Source: a virus. Taken from it: a stretch of 64,000 nucleotides of DNA. The stretch spans positions 96,001 to 160,000 of the IMG/VR virus record IMGVR_UViG_3300042402_001861; one strand, given 5' to 3'. Made by a program: the position numbers and the translations under genes. The first letter of the stretch is position 1. The number at the start of each line of letters is the position of its first letter. Of this stretch, positions 46,654 to 54,736 are shown one piece after another. The notes under the pieces were generated by a model. It searched no databases, was not told the origin of the DNA, and saw nothing but the letters and a program-made list of their open reading frames with translations.

Positions 46654-47264
46654 TGTATTCGCAAGCATTTCAAGATGAATTCGTAGACATTCTTCTGTCT
46701 CGTCCCACCAAGGGGTTCTTTGTGGATGTCGGTGCTGGATATGACCAAGCCATCGACATAAACAGCAATTCTTTGATGTTTGAGGAAAGAGGGTGGGAAG
46801 GTATAGCCATAGATGGAAGCATGGAGCGAATGTTGGGTAGAAAGTGCAAATGTGTTTCTTGCTTCATCGGGGATGGGTCAGAAGGAACAGTCCTTCTTTC
46901 CGATGTTCTCTCTGCAAATGGATGCCCAACTGTGGTTGACTATCTGTCCGTGGATATAGAAGGAAATGACTACAAGGCCATTGAGTCTTTTGTTGGTGGT
47001 GGTTATGAATTCAAGATCGCAACCATAGAACACAATTTATATTCTCGTAATGCTGGAGTGGATGAACTCAAGAGAGATGTGTTTGACCTCTTGACTCGCA
47101 ACGGTTACATAAGAATCGTTGACAATGTGGGTCACATGGCGATTTCCTCGGATCTACACAGAGGATGGCCGTTCGAAGACTGGTACATCAATCCGAAATA
47201 TGTGAAGTATAAAGAGACAATGAACACAATAAAGACCATGAAGGAAAATGGAGAAGCAAGATGA
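46650..47264 (+). CDS. FkbM-family methyltransferase
   Basis: FVDVGAG..SNS, LSVDIEG, ATIEHN, EDWY. Confidence 0.75.
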   Translation: MMYSQAFQDEFVDILLSRPTKGFFVDVGAGYDQAIDINSNSLMFEERGWEGIAIDGSMERMLGRKCKCVSCFIGDGSEGTVLLSDVLSANGCPTVVDYLSVDIEGNDYKAIESFVGGGYEFKIATIEHNLYSRNAGVDELKRDVFDLLTRNGYIRIVDNVGHMAISSDLHRGWPFEDWYINPKYVKYKETMNTIKTMKENGEAR

Positions 47265-48169
47265 AACTCGACAAAGTGGTGTTTGGATGCTCCGAGACAT
47301 TTAGCCCGTGGTGGAACATTCAGTCCCGTGTATGGAAGACCAAGTTCAATGTTGAACCGGTATGCCTGTTGTTTGGTGACAAGAACAAGTGTGGCATGTC
47401 TGAGAAATATGGGCAAGTAGTGGAGATGCAGTTTGACAAAGACTTGCCGGACATCATTCAGATACAGTTCTGCAAATTTTACTATCCAAAGACCGAGCCA
47501 GACAAGACATGGATCATTGGTGACATTGATCAGATACCTTTGCAGACCGAGTACTTCTTGGAAGACCTTCCTAGCATTCCCGACGATGCCTATGCTCACC
47601 TGAACTATACTCTTACTGCACAGATGCGTCCCGATGCTCGAACGGATGGATTCCCCGGAATCCCCGCCGATACCTTTATGAAGTTGGGATCGTATGCAAA
47701 TGGTGGCTTTGATCTTCCCGGACATTACCATGTTGCAAAGGGTCATCTTTATGAAAAGTTGTTCTTCAACGGTCGTTCCTTCAAGGAAGTTGTTCAATAT
47801 GTGATTGAAGCACAGAGGCATGGGATGATAAAGGAGGATGCCAGAAAGACCCTCAATCAGAACATTCATGGTATGTACTGGATTGCTGAGGAAGGCTATA
47901 CCTCCGAACAGATATGGTATGGATTGAAGTCCAAGAAGATCAGCGGCTTCTACGGCAAGGAATACCACATTTGGAATCAGAAGATCGACAGAGTAGGAAG
48001 ACTGTTTGATGCTCAGGGAAGATTTACACCTCAATGGACAGGTAGCAACTATCTGTATGATGAGAACAAATTGAGGAACAAGGGATACATGGATTTGCAT
48101 TGCCATCGGCCTTATCACGAACAGGAAAGGCCCATGATGCGTATTCTTGAAATCGCTGAGATGATCTGA
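47261..48169 (+). CDS. putative glycosyltransferase
   Basis: IIGDIDQIP DxD motif, DLHCHRP; operon context. Confidence 0.55.
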   Translation: MKLDKVVFGCSETFSPWWNIQSRVWKTKFNVEPVCLLFGDKNKCGMSEKYGQVVEMQFDKDLPDIIQIQFCKFYYPKTEPDKTWIIGDIDQIPLQTEYFLEDLPSIPDDAYAHLNYTLTAQMRPDARTDGFPGIPADTFMKLGSYANGGFDLPGHYHVAKGHLYEKLFFNGRSFKEVVQYVIEAQRHGMIKEDARKTLNQNIHGMYWIAEEGYTSEQIWYGLKSKKISGFYGKEYHIWNQKIDRVGRLFDAQGRFTPQWTGSNYLYDENKLRNKGYMDLHCHRPYHEQERPMMRILEIAEMI

Positions 48170-49575
48170 TGGCATTCATCTGCATATCCGGCAGTTCGGG
48201 TGTGGGAAAGACCACGATATCGACTTTGATGCAGTCGGTATTGGGTGCGGAGAATTGCACCACTCTGAGCGGAGATGATCTACACAGATGGGAAAGAACA
48301 AGTCCCGTGTGGAAGATCAAAACTCACTTGGATCCAGAAGAGAACGACTTGGAGCGAGGCTATGCTGACATACGGGCTCTCATGGACGGCAAAACCATCG
48401 AACGGAGAAAGTACAACCACGACACGGGAATATGGGATTCTCCAATTTTGGTTCAACCAAGGGAACATGTTCTGTACGAAGGGCTTCATGCCCTGTACCA
48501 CATTCCGACCTATAGCCTTGCTGACCTGACGATCTTTGTTGATACGGATGATACGCTGAAGACCGAGTGGAAGGTGAAGCGAGATACGAAGAAGAGGGGC
48601 TACACGGAAAGCCAAGTTCTTGAAACGATGAAGAGGCGAAAGAAGGACGAGGAATTGTACATCACGCCGCAGAAAGAGAGAGCGGATGTGGTGGTGAAGT
48701 TCACGAAGGGAAGGGACGGATCGATATCGCTAGAGTACATCTCTGTGAACGGCAAGGGAATTGCATTGATGGACAGGATGAAGGAATTCTACGATTCTCT
48801 TCGGGATTACATGAATCTCTGCAAGTGGATATCGCTTGATCCTTCCTTAGTACAGGGACCGGGAGGAAATGTTTCCGTGAAGTCAAAGAGCGGAATCATT
48901 ATCAAGTCATCAGGTGCGAGAATGTCCGATGTAAATCTACATCACGGATTCAGTCTTTGTGACATAGATGGGGACTTTCCTGAATTTCAGTCGGAGGAGG
49001 AATACACGGAGTTCGTTCATCGTTCACGGAAAATGGGCAGCAGGCCATCTATGGAAACAGGATTCCATGTAGTGTTGCCCGAGCGAGTGGTAGTACATAC
49101 GCATCCTATCCATCTCAATGCCATCCTTTGCAGCAAGGAGGCTAGGGGAACCATCAGGGACATCTTCCACGATCTTTCATACGATTTCATTGAATACACA
49201 AGACCCGGCATGATGCTCACCAACAGGTTGATAGAAGACATGCCAGCGAACATCATATTTCTAGAGAACCACGGACTGATCGTGTGTTCCGAAAGCCCGC
49301 AGGAGGCATTGGAGACAACCGAAAGAATAAACAACCGATGCAAGAGATGGCTTGCTAATCATGTTGAGTCTTTCGTTGATCTTGAAGATTGCAAGCAAGA
49401 ATCTCTGCCACTTTTCCCCGATGCTGCCGTCTTGCCTGATGAAATGCGCTCAACCAACAACTACATACTTGGTCTGCTGAATGCAGCCTGTCTATCTCCG
49501 AATTACCTTTCGGAGGAAGAGGCAACGGCACTCAACTCAATGATTTCAGAAAAGTATAGGAAGGCTATAGCATGA
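48169..49575 (+). CDS. phosphoribulokinase/uridine-kinase-like domain fused to class II aldolase domain
   Basis: GSSGVGKTT, GDDLH, YEGLH; GPGGNVS, RPSMETGFH, VHTHP, LENHG. Confidence 0.85.
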   Translation: MAFICISGSSGVGKTTISTLMQSVLGAENCTTLSGDDLHRWERTSPVWKIKTHLDPEENDLERGYADIRALMDGKTIERRKYNHDTGIWDSPILVQPREHVLYEGLHALYHIPTYSLADLTIFVDTDDTLKTEWKVKRDTKKRGYTESQVLETMKRRKKDEELYITPQKERADVVVKFTKGRDGSISLEYISVNGKGIALMDRMKEFYDSLRDYMNLCKWISLDPSLVQGPGGNVSVKSKSGIIIKSSGARMSDVNLHHGFSLCDIDGDFPEFQSEEEYTEFVHRSRKMGSRPSMETGFHVVLPERVVVHTHPIHLNAILCSKEARGTIRDIFHDLSYDFIEYTRPGMMLTNRLIEDMPANIIFLENHGLIVCSESPQEALETTERINNRCKRWLANHVESFVDLEDCKQESLPLFPDAAVLPDEMRSTNNYILGLLNAACLSPNYLSEEEATALNSMISEKYRKAIA

Positions 49576-50408
49576 AGATTGTGATTCCGATGGCAGGGAC
49601 GGGGAATCGGTTCGTGGAAAAGGGTTATGCCGATCCCAAGCCGCTCATTCGTGTGAACGGCAAGCGCATTATCGATTACATTCTTGATATGTTCGACACG
49701 GAAAACGATGAGTTCGTCTTCATCTGTAATGATGTTCACTTGGCAACGACCAACATGGAGAAAATCCTTCGGGCAATCGTCAAGAATGCAACCATCATTT
49801 CGATGCCGCAGCACAAGTTGGGCCCGGTCTACACGGTTCAGGCTGCTTACGATCACATCAAGGATGACGAGGAAGTCATCATCTCGTACTGCGATAACCC
49901 ACATCTGTGGGATCGCAAGGACTTCGAAACCAAGATGCATGAGGGAGGATATGCCGGTTGCGTACTCACGCACACGGGATTCCATCCACACACCCTTGCT
50001 CACACGAAGATGGCTTTCGTCAAGGGAAGCAACAATATCCTTGAGGAGATCAAGGAGAAGGCTTGCTACACGGACAATCCGATGGATGAACATGCATCCA
50101 CGGGAGTCTATTACTTCAGCAAGGGTGCCTATATCAAGAAGTATTTTGACCAAGCAGTAGCCGAGAAGATACAGTACAACGGCGAGTTCTATGTTACGCT
50201 TGTCTACAATCTTCTCGTTCGTGATGGATTGAAGGTTGGATACTACGATACACCCTATGTCACGGTGTTTGGGACTCCAGAGGAAGTAGAGAATTTTGAG
50301 GCTTGGGCCACGATTCTCAAGGGAACGCAAGTGAAGAATGTCATCGATCTTGTGGCCTGCTATCAATATTGGAAGAAGTACCATGAGGAGGAAGCAACAG
50401 TACTATGA
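49572..50408 (+). CDS. sugar/polyol nucleotidyltransferase
   Basis: VIPMAGTGNRF..GY..PKPLI, YCD, GEFYV, FGTPEE. Confidence 0.85.
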   Translation: MKIVIPMAGTGNRFVEKGYADPKPLIRVNGKRIIDYILDMFDTENDEFVFICNDVHLATTNMEKILRAIVKNATIISMPQHKLGPVYTVQAAYDHIKDDEEVIISYCDNPHLWDRKDFETKMHEGGYAGCVLTHTGFHPHTLAHTKMAFVKGSNNILEEIKEKACYTDNPMDEHASTGVYYFSKGAYIKKYFDQAVAEKIQYNGEFYVTLVYNLLVRDGLKVGYYDTPYVTVFGTPEEVENFEAWATILKGTQVKNVIDLVACYQYWKKYHEEEATVL

Positions 50409-50875
50409 TCTACATTTCACACAGAGGAAATCTCAACGGCATCAAGCCTGAACTTGAGAATGCCCCAACCTACATCGATGAGTGCATCCATCGTGGCTTT
50501 GACTGTGAGATAGACCTACGGATGCGGGATGGTATGCCTCACTTGGGGCACGACACACCCGACTTTGTTGTTTCTGCCTCTTGGCTGAACAATCGAAAGG
50601 ACAGGCTATGGATTCATGTCAAGGAATACGAGGCTTTGGTGTGGCTGATGGAGAATTGCCCTGATTGTAAGTTTTTCTGCCACGAAAGTGATCGATACAC
50701 ATTGATAAGCAATGGATGGATATGGTCGCATGATTTGACAAATAAAATGACAGAGAAGTGCGTGGTTCCATTGCTTTCAAAAGAATCGATAGAGGCGTAT
50801 TCTCAAGAACCAACATTCGGTGCAGTCTGTTCGGATTTTGTGTTTGATTGCATGGAGAAGTTCGATCTGGACTGA
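50405..50875 (+). CDS. GDPD/PLC-like phosphodiesterase
   Basis: ISHRGN, DCEIDL, LGHD, WIHVK, VCSDF. Confidence 0.75.
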   Translation: MIYISHRGNLNGIKPELENAPTYIDECIHRGFDCEIDLRMRDGMPHLGHDTPDFVVSASWLNNRKDRLWIHVKEYEALVWLMENCPDCKFFCHESDRYTLISNGWIWSHDLTNKMTEKCVVPLLSKESIEAYSQEPTFGAVCSDFVFDCMEKFDLD

Positions 50876-50882
50876 ACCTGTC

Positions 50883-50910
50883 TTGACTTCGGTGTTGGGT
50901 GCTGTATACT
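50883..50910 (+). promoter_or_regulatory. sigma70-type (middle-like) promoter
   Basis: TTGACT-16-TATACT before gp41. Confidence 0.7.
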
Positions 50911-50917
50911 TTGCCCA

Positions 50918-52339
50918 ATGACTTCTGATCGAATCGAAACCCTTGTACTTCGTTCGCTGATTCACGATGATGAGTTCGCTCGTCGGGCTTTGCCGTTCAT
51001 CAAGCCCGAGTACTTCATGGATCGAAACGAGAAGGTGGTCTATGAAACCATCCACTCGTTCATCACTACCTATAACAAGACTCCTACCGCAGAATCACTC
51101 TGCATCGACCTATCGAACCGTGATGGACTTTCCGAAGAAGAGTTCAAGCAGGCAAAGAAGGTAATCGAAGAGATCGCGGAGTACAACAAGCCCGACACAG
51201 ACTGGCTTGTCAAAAGCACCGAGAAGTTCTGCCGGGACAAGGCCATCTACAATGCCATCATGGAGTCGATTCAGATCATCGATGGCAAGGGCAATAAGAC
51301 ACAGAACGCCATTCCCGAGATTCTATCTGATGCCTTGGCTGTTTCGTTCGACACACACATCGGCCATGACTTCATCGATGACCACAACGAACGGTACGAC
51401 TTCTACCACAAGATCGAACGGAAGATGCCGTTTGACCTTGAATACCTGAACAAGATCACTCAAGGAGGTGTACCGAGCAAGACACTCAATGTCATCCTCG
51501 CGGGCACGGGTGTGGGCAAGAGCCTCTTCATGTGCCATCATGCCGCCCAATGCCTTATCGGTGGGAACAATGTCCTGTACATCACCTGTGAGATGGCAGA
51601 GGAGAGGATCGCAGAACGCATCGATGCCAATCTCATGGACATCTCCCTTGATGACCTGAAGAAGTTGCCCAAGGACATCTACACCCGAAAAATGCAGAGG
51701 ATCATGTCCTCCACTTCATCGAAGTTGATCATCAAGGAGTATCCCACAGCAACGGCAAATGCTATGCACTTTGAACACCTGTTGGATGAACTGCGGCTGA
51801 AGAAGAACTTCAAGCCCGATATCGTGTTCATCGACTATCTCAACATCTGTGCATCAAGTCGCTTCAAGGCTAACTCCAATGTGAACTCCTACACTTATGT
51901 CAAGGCGATTGCCGAGGAACTTCGTGGCATGGCCGTCAAGTACGATGTTCCCATCTTCACGGCAACACAGACCAATCGCGAAGGGTTCGGAAACAGCGAT
52001 GTGGAACTCACCAACACAAGCGAGTCCTTCGGTCTTCCCGCCACGGCTGACTTCATGGTTGCCCTGATTTCCACCGAGGAACTTGAGGAACTTGGACAGT
52101 TGATGGTAAAGCAGTTGAAGAATCGATATGGTGACCCGTCAAGTAACAGGCGATTCGTTGTCGGTGTTGACCGCAGCAAGATGAAGTTGTTTGATTTGGA
52201 TGCCTCCGCACAGCAAGGCATTTCTAAAATGGGCGATGCCGAGAAGGACGAGGAGCAGGAACAGGGAGGATTCAGGACTTTCCGTCAGCGGATGGAGGAC
52301 AAGTTTGTCAAGAAGAATAATTTCGATGACTGGTCTTGA
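50918..52339 (+). CDS. gp41: replicative DNA helicase
   Basis: AGTGVGKSLFMC, FIDYLNI, KAIAEELRG, SESFGLPATAD, KQLKNRY. Confidence 0.97.
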   Translation: MTSDRIETLVLRSLIHDDEFARRALPFIKPEYFMDRNEKVVYETIHSFITTYNKTPTAESLCIDLSNRDGLSEEEFKQAKKVIEEIAEYNKPDTDWLVKSTEKFCRDKAIYNAIMESIQIIDGKGNKTQNAIPEILSDALAVSFDTHIGHDFIDDHNERYDFYHKIERKMPFDLEYLNKITQGGVPSKTLNVILAGTGVGKSLFMCHHAAQCLIGGNNVLYITCEMAEERIAERIDANLMDISLDDLKKLPKDIYTRKMQRIMSSTSSKLIIKEYPTATANAMHFEHLLDELRLKKNFKPDIVFIDYLNICASSRFKANSNVNSYTYVKAIAEELRGMAVKYDVPIFTATQTNREGFGNSDVELTNTSESFGLPATADFMVALISTEELEELGQLMVKQLKNRYGDPSSNRRFVVGVDRSKMKLFDLDASAQQGISKMGDAEKDEEQEQGGFRTFRQRMEDKFVKKNNFDDWS

Positions 52340-52370
52340 ACTTGTCAACATACAAGGTATACTTTACACC

Positions 52371-52610
52371 ATGACATATCGCCTACACATTGACATTCCG
52401 ATTGAAGCCTGCTCCGTGGAGGAGGCTCAAGAGAAGGCAAGAGGAATCCTGAATGAACTTTCGATTCGTGAAGATGCCCAAATGGGTCATCTCGTTGAAG
52501 AGATCAATTACAGATTGGGTCATGACGATGATCGGCAGCGTTCGAATTATCTGGACATCGATACTAGAGGGCATTGCTCAAGCAAGAAGAGCAAAGTACG
52601 GTTCAGATAA
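52371..52610 (+). CDS. hypothetical protein
   Basis: conserved-looking INYRLGHD.DRQRSNYL. Confidence 0.6.
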   Translation: MTYRLHIDIPIEACSVEEAQEKARGILNELSIREDAQMGHLVEEINYRLGHDDDRQRSNYLDIDTRGHCSSKKSKVRFR

Positions 52611-52875
52611 GTATCCCACCAACGGGCCGACTTGCCTGAATTGCGGCTGTGCCACGCTTCGAACATTGCGAGATCATCAGTTTGAGATCGGAAGCAGGGA
52701 AAATGCACGGACAGAACCATTGGTCAAGGCAACCATCGTCTACAACCTTCCCGTATATCAATGCGTCAATGCCAAGTGTGGCTACTACTACACCGATGAG
52801 GAGGCAATGCTCATAGTCGATCCAATCTACAAAGCCTTGCTGAAGCACATACAGAGAACCAAGTCACTTGAGTGA
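52522..52875 (+). CDS. YgiT/MqsA-type zinc-finger protein (start uncertain)
   Basis: CLNC...VYNLPVYQC..KCG.YY. Confidence 0.55.
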   Translation: MTMIGSVRIIWTSILEGIAQARRAKYGSDKYPTNGPTCLNCGCATLRTLRDHQFEIGSRENARTEPLVKATIVYNLPVYQCVNAKCGYYYTDEEAMLIVDPIYKALLKHIQRTKSLE

Positions 52876-52883
52876 CACCGAAT

Positions 52884-52957
52884 GGGGCGAGGGGGTCTTT
52901 GGTTGGCCCAGGAGAGTTTATACCTCTCTGGCGCAGGTTCGAATCCTGATCGCCCTA
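52884..52957 (+). tRNA. tRNA-Ile(UAU)
   Basis: GGGGCGA/TCGCCCT; GAGAG-TTTATAC-CTCTC; CAGG-TTCGAAT-CCTG; atypical D-arm. Confidence 0.75.
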
Positions 52958-52992
52958 CTTGACGGATAAATACCACCACAAAGGAGATTGCC

Positions 52993-53382
52993 ATGCTTAT
53001 TCCAAATACTGACTACATCATCATCGAAACCACCAAGGAAGAATTCGAGAAGCGAACTGACAGAAGCAACGCCAACTTCACCACGGACATGCTCTACAAT
53101 GTCACGGGCCGAATCTATGCTGTGGGTGACAGCAAGTTCTCTGACAGCCCTGTGATGGGAGATGGACGGTCTTTCTCTTGGGCACGGAGGCCGGACGAGT
53201 TCCCGCTGAAGAACGGCGAGGAAGTCGTATGTGGTTCTTGGGAACACGCCACGGTCCATGAGGGAAAGCACTTGTTCCTCGTCCGCAAGGACACCGTGCT
53301 TGCTGTTTATCGTGAACGGGAACAGGTCGAAGCGACTTTGTTTGACACCGCAGAGGAACAGGAAGTCCAACTTAACGCTTGA
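52993..53382 (+). CDS. GroES/gp31-like co-chaperonin
   Basis: LIPNTDYIII, GRIYAVG, LKNGEEVV, LFLVRKDTVLAV align with GroES strands; late promoter 52967-52972. Confidence 0.65.
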   Translation: MLIPNTDYIIIETTKEEFEKRTDRSNANFTTDMLYNVTGRIYAVGDSKFSDSPVMGDGRSFSWARRPDEFPLKNGEEVVCGSWEHATVHEGKHLFLVRKDTVLAVYREREQVEATLFDTAEEQEVQLNA

Positions 53383-53426
53383 AATTCAATAAATGCACCC
53401 CGCCAGAGATAGCATCTCCGGCCCGA

Positions 53427-53457
53427 CAGCCCCCGCTAGCAGGGGGCTGTTTCTTTA
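53427..53457 (+). terminator. Rho-independent terminator
   Basis: ACAGCCCCC-GCTAGCA-GGGGGCTGT-TTCTTT. Confidence 0.8.
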
Positions 53458-53488
53458 AATCAGGATGGGGGAAAGGATAAATATGACC

Positions 53489-54736
53489 ATGATAAGGACT
53501 TTCTCAAGCCTGATCGAAGAGCGGCAACCCGTCATGGAGGCGGTGCAGTCGCAGCATCTTGATCACCTTGAGGACTTGATCTTTTTGGATGGAGGGGTAA
53601 AGAAAGCCACCGAAATCCTTAAGAATCTGGTGAAGTCCTTGGCTTCAGCCACCCCTACGGCAAAGATGGTCATCACCACGAAGTGGGATGGGGCACCGGC
53701 AATAGTGGCAGGAATCCACCCGGCAACTAAGAAGTTCTTCGTGGCACTCAAGGGAGCAACCCTTTCTGCCAATCCCAAGATTTGCTATACACAGGCAGAC
53801 ATCAACCGGGAGTATGGAGACAAGGCGGAACTTGCATCCAAACTTTCAGTTTGCCTGAAGAACCTTCCCTCCGTGTTGCCTGCAAAGGGAATCTATCATG
53901 GGGACTTGCTCTTCACAGACAACAAGAAGATCGCCACAATTGACGGTACATCTATGGTGACTTTCCGACCAAACACGATCATGTATGCCGTTCCTGCTGA
54001 CAGCCCAATGGGAGTGAAGATAAAGGCTGCAAAGATGGGAATCGTATTCCATACGCAGTACACGGGCACGGGCAAGGAACTCAAGGATCTGTCCAAGTCT
54101 CCCCTTTCCTCGCTGCAAGGGTTCAAGCAGACAACTGCCGTATGGTTCACGGGTGCCACTTTGCCGTCCCCGCCATCAGGATCAACCTTCCTCACGGCAA
54201 GCAACGCCAAGCAGATAGTTGACCTTATTGGATTGATTGCGGCATCGGCAACCCAAGTCAACTCATTTCTCAAGATTGTGAAGAAGTCCCACGAAAAGGA
54301 CATCTACGCAGAACTGATGCCCTTCATCAATTCGGGGGTTCGGGCAGGAATTTCAAAATACGATTCCGCCAAGTTGAAGGTGTTCATCGAAGGTAAATAC
54401 AATGCAGCAATCGCGAAGTTGAAGACACAGACAAAGATAGCAGAGAAACAAAACGACAAGAAGAAGGCAATTGCCTTCATCGATGCATACGCAGGGCAGT
54501 TTGATCAGTTGTTCAAGGTTCACTCGTTGGTGTCGGAAGCAAAGATGGTGGTAATCAGCAAGTTGTCTGAAGTAAAGACGATAGGAACATACTTGCCAAC
54601 CGCATCCGGCTTGAAGGCAACCAATCCCGAAGGATTCGTTGCCGTGTGTGGAAAGACTTGTTCAACCATCAAGTTGATAGACAGATTGGTGTTCGCAAAC
54701 GCAAACATGAACATAACCAAGGATTGGAAGAAATGA
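53489..54736 (+). CDS. conserved T4-like protein with ligase-type KxDG motif (DUF6267-like)
   Basis: HLDHLED, TTKWDGAPA, PEGFV, KLIDR; MIRTFSSLIEE. Confidence 0.7.
   Translation: MIRTFSSLIEERQPVMEAVQSQHLDHLEDLIFLDGGVKKATEILKNLVKSLASATPTAKMVITTKWDGAPAIVAGIHPATKKFFVALKGATLSANPKICYTQADINREYGDKAELASKLSVCLKNLPSVLPAKGIYHGDLLFTDNKKIATIDGTSMVTFRPNTIMYAVPADSPMGVKIKAAKMGIVFHTQYTGTGKELKDLSKSPLSSLQGFKQTTAVWFTGATLPSPPSGSTFLTASNAKQIVDLIGLIAASATQVNSFLKIVKKSHEKDIYAELMPFINSGVRAGISKYDSAKLKVFIEGKYNAAIAKLKTQTKIAEKQNDKKKAIAFIDAYAGQFDQLFKVHSLVSEAKMVVISKLSEVKTIGTYLPTASGLKATNPEGFVAVCGKTCSTIKLIDRLVFANANMNITKDWKK

Noticed and set aside
48169-48800. Phosphoribulokinase as a Calvin-cycle auxiliary gene
   Set aside because: It is fused to a class II aldolase inside a glycan operon, with no photosynthesis genes nearby.
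52884-52957. Ochre suppressor (UUA) reading of this tRNA
   Set aside because: That register needs a mismatched stem and U37; the UAU register has five perfect pairs and A37.
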